Shown here piece after piece: positions 38,137-47,234 of a stretch of 64,000 nucleotides of DNA. The notes beneath the pieces were generated by a model. That model was not told the DNA's origin, ran no database searches, and saw only the letters and a list, made by a program, of their open reading frames with translations. This stretch comes from Klebsiella phage KP13-16: the sequence record OP617741.1; one strand, 5' to 3'. A program made the position numbers and the translations under genes. How positions within the stretch are numbered: the first letter of the stretch is position 1; the number at the start of each line of letters is the position of its first letter.

Positions 38137-38469
38137 TTAACAAATAAAGCCTGTTACAACTACATAATCAATATCTAAAGATTTTACATCTAAGATATCT
38201 TGATAGTCAATCTTATTTTTAAGATATTTTCCTACTTCACTATCCTGCACACCATATTTACTATACTCTTCCTTGTCAGCCCAAGTAGTCTCACCGTATA
38301 GCTTATAGTACCACCGTGTACAATTGTCAAGAATTTCTTCATTCTCTTCTGCATTAATATAGTGTCCATGAATGACGCTCAGATTTTTGATCTCTTCAGA
38401 ATCAGAAGTTTCAAGAACAAAAAGATCTGTTGTTTCTGGAATATTTTCATAGATAATTAAAAACTTCAT
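38137..38469 (-). CDS. hypothetical protein
   Basis: 110 aa, acidic. Confidence 0.45.
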   Translation of the reverse strand: MKFLIIYENIPETTDLFVLETSDSEEIKNLSVIHGHYINAEENEEILDNCTRWYYKLYGETTWADKEEYSKYGVQDSEVGKYLKNKIDYQDILDVKSLDIDYVVVTGFIC

Positions 38470-38481
38470 TTCTCTTCCTTT

Positions 38482-38883
38482 TTAATCACAAGAACTTGAT
38501 GAACTAGAGTCACAACTCCCACTACTATAGCTTCCACCATCATCACTACTAGAATATGAACTCTGAATAATTGCATTATGCACGTAGGTATCATCAATGT
38601 CAACAGTTTTACTTGAAGAAATGTTCCTTACAGAATTTGCTATGGTACTTTTAACTCTTTGAGTTTCTATAAGATGCTTTTTCATAGCAGAGGGATCTGG
38701 AATTTTAGTCTGATAGACACCTCCTAAACACTCAGTCTTTTTCACAGTAGATTGTGAGACATTGATCTTATTTCCACTACCAAAGCTTACTACAGAAGCA
38801 CTGGAATTACTAGATTTAAAAAGAGATTTAAACCAAGTGAAAAATTTCTTAATCATGGTCTTTTCCTTTGTAAACATTACCAA
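38482..38883 (-). CDS. hypothetical Ser-rich protein
   Basis: 133 aa with an amphipathic N-terminus and a C-terminal poly-Ser/Cys/Asp tract. Confidence 0.4.
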   Translation of the reverse strand: MVMFTKEKTMIKKFFTWFKSLFKSSNSSASVVSFGSGNKINVSQSTVKKTECLGGVYQTKIPDPSAMKKHLIETQRVKSTIANSVRNISSSKTVDIDDTYVHNAIIQSSYSSSDDGGSYSSGSCDSSSSSSCD

Positions 38884-39118
38884 GATAAATGAGATTATCT
38901 TTTTTAATATGATCTGTCAACTCTTCTGGTGAAAAATTATAAGCATACCCTACACCACAAAGATAAACTGCATTGATCCCAACTTCTTTTACAAAAAGAT
39001 AGTGATCTGGAGCTGAAAGGAGTCTTCGTTGATTTGGCACTAACCAACAACCATCACCTTTACCTGTAAAGACATCACCAACTTCAAAAACATATTGTTC
39101 AACAATCTTCATCTTCAA
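38849..39118 (-). CDS. hypothetical protein
   Basis: 89 aa. Confidence 0.4.
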   Translation of the reverse strand: MKMKIVEQYVFEVGDVFTGKGDGCWLVPNQRRLLSAPDHYLFVKEVGINAVYLCGVGYAYNFSPEELTDHIKKDNLIYLGNVYKGKDHD

Positions 39119-39302
39119 CCTCTTGACCTAATAATTGTTCATACCAATTGACATAATCTTTCGCCATTTCATATAAATTTTCCGCAGAGTTTTGCTCACT
39201 TTGTGAAAAATCTTCAATTGACTCTGCGTTGCCAATTGCATCAAGACATTGACGAAAATCACCTTCTGTATTTCTAAATTGGCAATAGCTCATGTTGGGC
39301 AT
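39099..39302 (-). CDS. hypothetical protein
   Basis: 67 aa, acidic. Confidence 0.4.
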   Translation of the reverse strand: MPNMSYCQFRNTEGDFRQCLDAIGNAESIEDFSQSEQNSAENLYEMAKDYVNWYEQLLGQEVEDEDC

Positions 39303-39348
39303 TTAACTCTCCTTTTAACCGTATCTAAAAAGCTTGTACGAATCATAG

Positions 39349-40599
39349 TTAATCCTCACACTTTAAAAGAAATTTATTATTAATAACTTTAAAATGAATC
39401 GTTTGATTATTCACTTTATTAATACTTTTATATACATCGCCTTCGGCAATCTTATGTTTGATTGAGGAATGGTCTGCTGATTTCAATGCATCTTGAATAG
39501 AATGATACTCATCAAAGAAGTATACGATATCTCCTTGTGGGACAGTTGTCAACCCGAGAGTTGCACAAAATTCTAAGAAATCACTATCATCCAGAAAACA
39601 TTTGTTATCAATGTCCCATACACGAAAAGCATAAAACTGATGTTCTTCCAACTCTTCACGATTCCCTTGAATACCAGGACCCATACACTCACCTTGAATA
39701 GCAAGTTGACGATTATGCTGTACACAATAATCTTTAAGACGTGCAGGAATATCATCTTTTAATGCTGCTTTCCAAAAATGTGACTCTGGATCAAATTTTA
39801 GTGCCAGATTACGGGAACAAACAGAAATTTGACCATCTTCCCATTGGAAAGGATAAGGCTTCACTTCTACAATATCAAGTTCTCCAGTCTCTGCATTCCA
39901 TTCACGTACCTCATCATCCACTTTTTCAACATAGAATTCAGGATTACTCATAAAAGCAATAGTTTGACTAGAACCATCTAACTTAAGTGATTTACGAAAA
40001 CCAACACCTTTCATCGTTTGGGAATACTTACCAAAAACATTTTGAATACGCTCTTCGTCTGTTTTTGGGATGACAATGGGAAAGTTTCCAGCAGATTTAC
40101 AGTTTTGCAACCCTGTGCCACCATTGCGTTCATCTGGTCTTTCGTATTTTGTTACGTTAAGAAACTCTTCAAGTCCATGACGAGATTCTTCTAGCTCCTC
40201 TAATAATTCTGCCATTGCAGTTTCTACTGAAATAGGATCATCATTATCTTGCCAGATAACAGTTAATAATTCATTCCAGAATGATGAAACTGGGAGTGCC
40301 AAACCTTGTGAAACAACGCCACGAAGTTTTTTAGTCCGAAGCCGAAAACGTTCAACATTTTTATCATCCACTTTGCAGGAACTTCCTGCTAAAAATGCAA
40401 ATTGTTTTGTTTGCACTGGGACGAAAGAATCAATTTCGAAGAAGACACAATAATCTCCGATTTGAAATTCTCCTTTCTTTACTACTACGTCCCAACCATC
40501 TACTGTAGCTTTTACAATAAGATCAGCACCTTCAATAGCTTCAATGTTGTTAATCTTACGGATAGTAACTAAACGACGACCTTCAGTAACTAAATTCAT
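39349..40599 (-). CDS. putative ATP-dependent RNA/DNA ligase (KxDG nucleotidyltransferase)
   Basis: A KLDGSS motif sits mid-protein after an N-terminal beta-rich domain. The architecture resembles DraRnl/Rnl5-type RNA ligases. 416 aa. Confidence 0.4.
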   Translation of the reverse strand: MNLVTEGRRLVTIRKINNIEAIEGADLIVKATVDGWDVVVKKGEFQIGDYCVFFEIDSFVPVQTKQFAFLAGSSCKVDDKNVERFRLRTKKLRGVVSQGLALPVSSFWNELLTVIWQDNDDPISVETAMAELLEELEESRHGLEEFLNVTKYERPDERNGGTGLQNCKSAGNFPIVIPKTDEERIQNVFGKYSQTMKGVGFRKSLKLDGSSQTIAFMSNPEFYVEKVDDEVREWNAETGELDIVEVKPYPFQWEDGQISVCSRNLALKFDPESHFWKAALKDDIPARLKDYCVQHNRQLAIQGECMGPGIQGNREELEEHQFYAFRVWDIDNKCFLDDSDFLEFCATLGLTTVPQGDIVYFFDEYHSIQDALKSADHSSIKHKIAEGDVYKSINKVNNQTIHFKVINNKFLLKCED

Positions 40600-40640
40600 T
40601 TCAACCCCTCATTTTAAATGTGTTTCTCTCAACAAGACAA

Positions 40641-40672
40641 ACTATAAAGCTTGTCTTAGTAAAAGTCAACAT
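40641..40672 (-). promoter_or_regulatory. candidate sigma70-like promoter for the ligase operon (TTGACT-18-TATAGT)
   Basis: Read on the minus strand upstream of 40599. It overlaps a 7-bp hairpin (aagacaa...ttgtctt). Confidence 0.3.
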
Positions 40673-41037
40673 TATTCTACTACAGGAACTTCAAAATTAA
40701 CTTCTACATCTTTTTCTTCATCCCAGAAGAACAACGACCATGTTCTAGGAACATCTACTTTAGCATTGGGCGATGTCCAGAATTCAACAAATGTGACGTT
40801 TTCCACTTGACCATCCATGCTTGAAGCAAAAACCATTTCTAAACGTTTCACAGGTATGACTTCACCTGCACCTGTTCCACAACAGGCAACAATTCCTTTT
40901 GGAAGAACCAGATCAGGAACTTTTAGGATTTGAATATTAGCCCCAGGATATCTTTTCTGAAGGAATGTTAAAGCATTTTCTTCATCTAGACTCCAAGCAT
41001 ATTCTTCCATTTCATCAAAAATATCATTCATATTCAA
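40672..41037 (-). CDS. hypothetical protein
   Basis: 121 aa. Confidence 0.45.
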   Translation of the reverse strand: MNMNDIFDEMEEYAWSLDEENALTFLQKRYPGANIQILKVPDLVLPKGIVACCGTGAGEVIPVKRLEMVFASSMDGQVENVTFVEFWTSPNAKVDVPRTWSLFFWDEEKDVEVNFEVPVVE

Positions 41038-41075
41038 GCTTCCTTTTTAAACTAAAGCCCCTTTCGGGGCTAATC

Positions 41076-42053
41076 TCAAGCTTCTTTTTTCTCAGGAAAA
41101 ACCAGACTTGCAATAATACCCAAGGCCAGAGTCCCAAGCACAATACAAAGACTCACATTTGCTGAGATATCATGTGGCAAGAAAGACCATTTTGCATTTA
41201 GTGTCTCACCAAAAGGATGGTAAATCAGTTTAGCACCTACAAACACTAGAACTACAGCAACGGCTTTTTCCAGATGAACCAAGTATTTAACTGCTACACT
41301 CAGTACAAAGAACAGTGCACGGAGACCAAGAATTGCAAATAACATTGCAGAGTAAACCAGCAGAGGTTCTTGCGTCACACCAATTACAGCCGGGACAGAG
41401 TCAAAGGAGAAAATTACATCAGTAAACTCCACTACAAAGACACACAACAAAGCCGGAGTTGCATACTTGATCCCGTTCTTAATGGTGATAAATTTCTCGC
41501 CATCTAGAGCCGGATGAACAGGAAGAATCTTACCAACCAGACGAGTCGCCCAGTGTTTAGAGTAATCAACTTCATCTTCCTCATCATCACCGCCTTTGAT
41601 AATAGCCAGTGCAGACCATGCTACAATCAGACCGAACAGCACTTGGAAAAACCAGTGTAAATTAAAGATTGCCGTACCTGCTGCCACAAAGATACCTCGA
41701 AATACAATGGCACCAGCAATACCCCAAAGAAGAATCTTATGCTGTAAGTGTGTTGATTTGATCCCGAAGCTAGCGAATATTGCCATGAACACCATCAAGT
41801 TATCCACAGACAATGATTTTTCTAGCACATACCCACTCAGAAACAAAGAGGCAAATTCTTTGCCATACTCTACCCAAATAAAACCATAGTATGCAAATGC
41901 TAATGCGATCCAAAATGCAGACCAAGCCAATGCAGACTTAATACCGATCTCTTTATTTTCCTTGTGTCCAAAGAAATCTACAAGGATTGATAGTGCAAGA
42001 ACTCCAACAAGAACTGCAATATCCAGAAGGGGGAACCCAAAATGATGTGTCAC
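41076..42053 (-). CDS. terC: TerC family integral membrane protein
   Basis: Multi-TM protein carrying LSVDNLMVFMAIF, which matches the TerC SxDN signature. 325 aa. Confidence 0.75.
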   Translation of the reverse strand: MTHHFGFPLLDIAVLVGVLALSILVDFFGHKENKEIGIKSALAWSAFWIALAFAYYGFIWVEYGKEFASLFLSGYVLEKSLSVDNLMVFMAIFASFGIKSTHLQHKILLWGIAGAIVFRGIFVAAGTAIFNLHWFFQVLFGLIVAWSALAIIKGGDDEEDEVDYSKHWATRLVGKILPVHPALDGEKFITIKNGIKYATPALLCVFVVEFTDVIFSFDSVPAVIGVTQEPLLVYSAMLFAILGLRALFFVLSVAVKYLVHLEKAVAVVLVFVGAKLIYHPFGETLNAKWSFLPHDISANVSLCIVLGTLALGIIASLVFPEKKEA

Positions 42054-42081
42054 TATTTTACTCTCCTCAGTTTAAAATAAA

Positions 42082-42288
42082 TTATTTTTGCTTATCAAAA
42101 CAGTACATTGCGTTACTACCTGCATCATTATACACAATATAACAGAATTTTCCATTAATATCATCATTCATGATGTAAATCTTGTTAACAGCAGAGTAGC
42201 CGTTGTACACTCGTTCAACTGTAACGCTATCTTCAGCCATTGTCAAACTACAAAACAGGATCAGACAAAGAGCCATCATTATTTTCAT
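42082..42288 (-). CDS. small secreted protein
   Basis: Signal peptide MKIMMALCLILFCSLTMA followed by four Cys. It overlaps the Bfd-like ORF by 41 nt. Confidence 0.35.
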   Translation of the reverse strand: MKIMMALCLILFCSLTMAEDSVTVERVYNGYSAVNKIYIMNDDINGKFCYIVYNDAGSNAMYCFDKQK

Positions 42289-42439
42289 TTAACACCTCAA
42301 TTATCGTTTGTTTACATTTACCACAACAAGTGGCGACTGGTATATATCTTTGCACATCCTCTAATGACTTGCAAGAAAAATCTTTTATAACTTTTTGTAG
42401 CATTTTGTCATTAATTTTATTACAAAGACATATAAACAT
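42248..42439 (-). CDS. Bfd-like [2Fe-2S]-binding domain protein
   Basis: MFICLCN...IPVATCCGKC reproduces the CxC...CxxC spacing of bacterioferritin-associated ferredoxin. 63 aa. Confidence 0.65.
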   Translation of the reverse strand: MFICLCNKINDKMLQKVIKDFSCKSLEDVQRYIPVATCCGKCKQTIIEVLNENNDGSLSDPVL

Positions 42440-42458
42440 AAGACCGCCGTATATTTAA

Positions 42459-42725
42459 TTATGAAGAACCTAGAAATCCTTTCTTCCAAGGATCTGCTTC
42501 ACTGGAGTTTGGAGTATATTCACTTTCTTCTTCAACATAAAGTATACCCATAAACTCAAATGATCGGGTATCGCCTTTGTATGCTGGCTCTTTTTGAGTA
42601 ACAACCCAAGTTGTGACATTCTCACAAACTTTTTCCAACAGAAGGTGATAAGCCAATCGTGGAAGTTTAATAACACGTTTTTGATTTGTATAATGGATCA
42701 TATTTACCTCATTCATAAGTATCAA
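42459..42725 (-). CDS. hypothetical protein
   Basis: 88 aa. Confidence 0.4.
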   Translation of the reverse strand: MILMNEVNMIHYTNQKRVIKLPRLAYHLLLEKVCENVTTWVVTQKEPAYKGDTRSFEFMGILYVEEESEYTPNSSEADPWKKGFLGSS

Positions 42726-43122
42726 AATTTTCTGTCTTTAAAGTTTTTTCTAAATTGTTTAACATCTCTTCAGAAATATTTTTACTTTCTTGCATTTTCA
42801 GAAAGACAATCATTGCTGCACGAAGAGAATTCTTATCATTAAAACTGATATCAGAATTATTAGTATCATAACATAACCAATAACTAGGCTCATCAGTAAT
42901 CATCGGGGCTGATACTGTGATGTTATTGTTGTAGATAATATCCCATGCATCTGCGGGATTATTACAAGGATTGAAAACAAGCAAAGATCCATCTTTCCAG
43001 TAGCATAGATTACTGTAATTTTCATCAAGATCCGCCCATTCAAGCTTAATGACGTCTCCAACTCTTTTATTAATCTCAAAATCACTCATTCTGCTGTAAT
43101 CAGTATTGCTCATAAGCTTCAT
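42709..43122 (-). CDS. hypothetical protein
   Basis: 137 aa. Confidence 0.45.
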   Translation of the reverse strand: MKLMSNTDYSRMSDFEINKRVGDVIKLEWADLDENYSNLCYWKDGSLLVFNPCNNPADAWDIIYNNNITVSAPMITDEPSYWLCYDTNNSDISFNDKNSLRAAMIVFLKMQESKNISEEMLNNLEKTLKTENFDTYE

Positions 43123-43288
43123 CTTCTCTGTAAGTTAAGACTCTATCTTGTGAGATTAGAGCTTTTGTTTTAGCTTTTATTACCAATCTCTTACAACGAA
43201 AGAGTGTAGTGTGGTCTTCTGGCAACCACAAACTCATCGCAACATAAGCGCCATAGTAGTAAAAGAACTCTTGCCATACCTCTTTCAT
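43100..43288 (-). CDS. hypothetical protein
   Basis: 62 aa. Confidence 0.35.
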   Translation of the reverse strand: MKEVWQEFFYYYGAYVAMSLWLPEDHTTLFRCKRLVIKAKTKALISQDRVLTYREDEAYEQY

Positions 43289-43297
43289 TATATCACC

Positions 43298-43681
43298 TTA
43301 ATTTATTGAATTTGATTGTGATTTTATTACTTCTGCATGTATGCACCAACCATTTTCATATCTCTGAAGCAAATATTTCTTATTCCAAGGGTTAAAAGAT
43401 AAAATCTCATTTTTGACTTTCTTAATAACCTTGTAAACTCCAAAAAGATTGGTGGTATCATGGAAATGGTTTAACATTTCATAGTGGCAAGATAACCATT
43501 CCACTTCACTCATCTTTTGCAACGGTTCATAAAATGAATGTGCACCATTATTTCCATTTACATGTTGGATAAGAAAATATGTATTCCCTCTCTTCAAATC
43601 TTCATAACCACCAAGAACAATGTTAAAATTGTAAATATTGTTCAGTACATGGATTTCTAAATCAGCTTTCCCACTTACCAT
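43298..43681 (-). CDS. hypothetical protein
   Basis: 127 aa. Confidence 0.45.
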   Translation of the reverse strand: MVSGKADLEIHVLNNIYNFNIVLGGYEDLKRGNTYFLIQHVNGNNGAHSFYEPLQKMSEVEWLSCHYEMLNHFHDTTNLFGVYKVIKKVKNEILSFNPWNKKYLLQRYENGWCIHAEVIKSQSNSIN

Positions 43682-44141
43682 TAACTTTTCTCCATAAAAC
43701 TTGGTTATCAGATCCCCTAAAAGGTTTCTTTGTAGGAAGGTTTTTCACAAACTTCCCATCTATGATGACATCCACTGTATCCAGTATTTGAGCATAAAGC
43801 AAGTTATTTTTTATCTCTTGCATTGTTTGCCCACACCACAGCCAAATACTCTTTTCTGGCATCTCTTGTTTAACAGAATAGCAAAGCTTTAACACTGTGT
43901 CAAAATTTTTTCTTTCTAAAGGGTTTCCTCCCAAGATGCTTAACCCATTAATAAAAGGTTTTTTCAAATCTTTCAACAAGTTGTCTTGAAAATCTTTAGT
44001 AAAAGGTTGCCCATAGTTATAGTTCCATGTCTCTTTGTTGAAGCATCCTTCACAACCTTGTGAACACCCAGAAACAAAAAGGGAGCACCTGGCTCCCTCT
44101 CCATTAACCAAGTCACCAAAAATGTAACCTGAATAATTCAT
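43662..44141 (-). CDS. nrdG: anaerobic ribonucleotide reductase activating protein
   Basis: GEGARCSLFVSGCSQGCEGCFN is the NrdG radical-SAM cysteine cluster. Confidence 0.85.
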   Translation of the reverse strand: MNYSGYIFGDLVNGEGARCSLFVSGCSQGCEGCFNKETWNYNYGQPFTKDFQDNLLKDLKKPFINGLSILGGNPLERKNFDTVLKLCYSVKQEMPEKSIWLWCGQTMQEIKNNLLYAQILDTVDVIIDGKFVKNLPTKKPFRGSDNQVLWRKVNGKWES

Positions 44142-44142
44142 T

Positions 44143-44298
44143 ACTGCTCCCGATAGTCATCCAATGCATTTGCAATAGTTTCAATAGGATCATGTTCTTG
44201 ATTAATGATCTCATAAATGCTTTCTGCACTCGCATAGTAACCATCATCTCCAAAGTACCAAGCTAAGGCTGTCATAATTTCTTCATATGCACTCATAA
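44143..44298 (-). CDS. small hypothetical protein (51 aa)
   Basis: MSAYEEIMTALAWYFGDDGYYASAESIYEIINQEHDPIETIANALDDYREQ. Not in the supplied ORF track because it is under 60 aa; it fills the nrdG-upstream gap. Confidence 0.3.
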
Positions 44299-44305
44299 AC
44301 ACCTC

Positions 44306-44596
44306 CTAATAACAGAACCTTGCACCACAAGTAGTACATACCGCACCACCTCTATGAGCACTACCCACGTTCAGATGAATGCAATCGGCAGCACCGTACC
44401 AAAGGTCATTATTCTTTTTATATGCTTCAATAATGGCAGAATAGCCATCTATATAGTTTTCTTTGCCATCAGTAAGATCTATATACTGAAAGTAGTTTTC
44501 ACCGATACCACGCATCCAGTTAATAGCTTCTAAGATAGTTTCAAACTCTCTATATCTCTCAAAAGTATCCATTAACTGGTAGTTAACAATCACCAT
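44306..44596 (-). CDS. hypothetical protein
   Basis: 96 aa with C-terminal CTTCGARFCY cysteines. Confidence 0.45.
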   Translation of the reverse strand: MVIVNYQLMDTFERYREFETILEAINWMRGIGENYFQYIDLTDGKENYIDGYSAIIEAYKKNNDLWYGAADCIHLNVGSAHRGGAVCTTCGARFCY

Positions 44597-44600
44597 AAAA

Positions 44601-46721
44601 TTAAACCCTTATATGTTTTACACGTTGAACAACTTCCTGCATCTTCCCCTTGTTAAAAGGTCTACTGTTAGGTGCAGATAAGTAACCTGAGACTCTCCGA
44701 ATGACGTTGATCGTTCCTTCCTCAGTATTGCCACAATCAGGGCATTCAAAGCCTTCTGCTGTTGCTTTAAACTCTCCATGAAAGCCACACTTCAGACATT
44801 TATCAACAGGTTGATTAATCCCAAAGTAATGAATATTTTCATATCCATAGTCAATCAAAGCTTCCAAGCCTTTCATGTTATTTTTGAGATTTGGTGTCTC
44901 GACATAACCTATATTACCACCTGAACTGATAAAGTCAAACCCTGATTCAACATCCCATTTAGTAAAAGGATCAACTTGTTGGTCTACAGGAACATGGAAA
45001 GAGTTAGTCAAGTATTCTCTCTTGATAGTTCCAGGAAATTTCGCATTGATTTTACTGGCAAATTTATAACACAAAGACTCCGCTGGAGTTCCGTAGATAC
45101 CAAAACCAATACCTGTTTTCTTCTTATAAGCCTCTGCCATTTCTGACATAAGACTTAAAATCTTTTTCCCGTAAGCTTTATATTCCTCTAAACTACAATT
45201 TGGATAGAGAATTTGAATTGCTTCATATAACCCTACATAACCAAAACTTGCTGAAGCATAACCTTTGTAGAAAAGTTTGTCAATAGTTTCTTCAGGATCT
45301 AGTCTAGCTAATGCTCCTTCAACAAACATCACAGGATTTTGTTTTGCTTTAGTTCCCTTAAGGCGATTAATCCTCAACATATGTGCTTCATATGCTGTTT
45401 GCATATGCTTATAGAGTTCTTCCAGGAAAAGTTTACCACTACTGACAGAATCTTTAGCTATCATTGGTAAATTCAAAGAAACTACACCAAGATTAAATCT
45501 ACCATCATATTTCTCACCTTGTTCTGTAGCAAAATAAGAAAGGAAACTACGACATCCCATGCTAGTAACGTGACCTTTTGAAGATTTTGTAACCAGTTTA
45601 TTTCTAGGGACTGAAATAAAATCTGGGTAAATTCTTTCTGCACAACACTCCATTGCTAATTGTTTAAGGTCATAATTAGGATCACCAGGATTCATGTTGA
45701 CACCTTCTTCAAGGAAGAAAATTACTTTTGGGAACACAGGCGTTACTTTATCCTTACCTAAACCCTCTTTGTGGATTTTTAGATAGTTACGAGTAATCAT
45801 TCTACCAAATTCTGAGGTATCTAAACCAAGACTAATGGTGATAAATGGAGATTGTCCATTTACACTCATTAATGTGTTAACCTGGTAGATAAGAGTTTGC
45901 ATTGCATCGTAGACATCTTGCTCTGTAAGTTGCATTGCATTTATTTTGACTTCAGCACCAAATAAATTTCTAATAAGTTTTACATTTTTATTATAAGTCA
46001 GTTCTACATATTGCTTTAAACCTGTATCAATATGTGCGCAAGTTTGTCCACCATATTGGCTAGAGGCTACAGCCTGAATAATTTGTGTCAACACTGTAGT
46101 AGCAACACCAATTGATTTAGGTTTTTCAATGAAAGCATTTCCAATATGGAAACCATTTTCTAACATGTCTTGGTAATTAACGAGACAACAGTTGCTGAGA
46201 GGGCTGATTAGATAATCTAAGTCATGAATATGTCCAAAACCGCTTGTATGCCATTCTGAGAGGTCTTTAGGTAGTATTTGAGTCAATGCTACATGCTTAC
46301 TTAAAATCCCTGCTAAGAGGTCTCTATGAGTATTTACAACGTTACTGGGTTTGTTAGCATTCTCACGAGTAAATTCTTCTGCTGTTTGTTCTAAGAAGCC
46401 AGATATGTCATTATAAAGTTTCCCATTACCTTCACGGATTTTATCTCTGTCGTGCCTATACTCAATATAAGTTCTGGCTATGTCATATGTCTTTGGATTA
46501 GACATAAGGAAATCTTCAATCATTTTTTGAACATTTGAGACTGACTTATTCTCATTGAGATTTTTAACAATATATTCTGTAACCTCGTGAGCAACAAGTT
46601 CTGCTGTGATTGATAATGAAGAGTTAGCTAGTGCTGCTTGATATATTGCATTGTAAACTTTACGTTCATCAAATTGTTCTGTGCGCCCGTCGCGTTTTAT
46701 AATTTTATGTTGATACTGCAT
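44601..46721 (-). CDS. nrdD: anaerobic ribonucleoside-triphosphate reductase
   Basis: The ATP-cone is KIIKRDGRTEQF. The glycyl-radical loop is RVSGYL. The C-terminal Zn site is CLKCGF...CPDCGN. The start was moved to the ATG at 46721, which has a GGAGGA RBS. The listed 46748 start lies in a hairpin loop and has no RBS. Confidence 0.88.
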   Translation of the reverse strand: MQYQHKIIKRDGRTEQFDERKVYNAIYQAALANSSLSITAELVAHEVTEYIVKNLNENKSVSNVQKMIEDFLMSNPKTYDIARTYIEYRHDRDKIREGNGKLYNDISGFLEQTAEEFTRENANKPSNVVNTHRDLLAGILSKHVALTQILPKDLSEWHTSGFGHIHDLDYLISPLSNCCLVNYQDMLENGFHIGNAFIEKPKSIGVATTVLTQIIQAVASSQYGGQTCAHIDTGLKQYVELTYNKNVKLIRNLFGAEVKINAMQLTEQDVYDAMQTLIYQVNTLMSVNGQSPFITISLGLDTSEFGRMITRNYLKIHKEGLGKDKVTPVFPKVIFFLEEGVNMNPGDPNYDLKQLAMECCAERIYPDFISVPRNKLVTKSSKGHVTSMGCRSFLSYFATEQGEKYDGRFNLGVVSLNLPMIAKDSVSSGKLFLEELYKHMQTAYEAHMLRINRLKGTKAKQNPVMFVEGALARLDPEETIDKLFYKGYASASFGYVGLYEAIQILYPNCSLEEYKAYGKKILSLMSEMAEAYKKKTGIGFGIYGTPAESLCYKFASKINAKFPGTIKREYLTNSFHVPVDQQVDPFTKWDVESGFDFISSGGNIGYVETPNLKNNMKGLEALIDYGYENIHYFGINQPVDKCLKCGFHGEFKATAEGFECPDCGNTEEGTINVIRRVSGYLSAPNSRPFNKGKMQEVVQRVKHIRV

Positions 46722-46737
46722 TATTCCTCCAAAATAA

Positions 46738-46759
46738 GAAGCCAGCATTAACTGGCTTA
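46738..46759 (-). terminator. hairpin attenuator (AGCCAG-cattaa-CTGGCT) upstream of nrdD
   Basis: 6-bp stem. On the transcript it is followed by a U-rich tract and then the nrdD RBS. Confidence 0.35.
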
Positions 46760-46805
46760 AAAGTAGATCCTTATTTTAGCTTTTATTCTGGTTTCAAATC
46801 TTGAT

Positions 46806-47234
46806 TTAAATCAGATAAGTTTGAAGAATAGTCTTTGCTAATTGATTATCTACTGTTTTGCCAGCAGCTTTAGCAACCATGTTAATTTTACCCATGAAAC
46901 TCATAGTGATTTTATCACCATTCTGTACCGCAGTATCCAAGAAATCACGAATCTCTTCTTCACTCAACTGTGCAGGAAGATAACTTTCCATAAAAGCAAT
47001 TTCTTCTTCATACTGTTTCAGTTGTGCTTCATGACCTTCAAGACTTGCACGAGTAGATTTTACAGTAGACTTAATCAAGGCAATAGCATCTTCATCAGTT
47101 GAATTTTTATCTTGTGACAATTTTCCTAAAAGAAAGGTTAGAGTAGCAACCTTTTCTTTATCACCGGATTTACGAAAAGCAAGTTGGTCTTGTTTCATTT
47201 TCTCAATAATCATTAATATTCTCCTATTCCACAA
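46806..47234 (-). CDS. hypothetical protein
   Basis: 142 aa, helical. Confidence 0.45.
   Translation of the reverse strand: MWNRRILMIIEKMKQDQLAFRKSGDKEKVATLTFLLGKLSQDKNSTDEDAIALIKSTVKSTRASLEGHEAQLKQYEEEIAFMESYLPAQLSEEEIRDFLDTAVQNGDKITMSFMGKINMVAKAAGKTVDNQLAKTILQTYLI

Noticed and set aside
40636-40660. Hairpin aagacaa-actataaagc-ttgtctt as a terminator
   Set aside because: No U-run on either strand, and it overlaps the candidate promoter spacer. It was kept only as part of the promoter feature.
46722-46748. Listed nrdD start at 46748
   Set aside because: No Shine-Dalgarno, and the ATG lies in a hairpin loop. ATG 46721 (MQYQHKIIKRDG, the start of the ATP-cone) has GGAGGA upstream.
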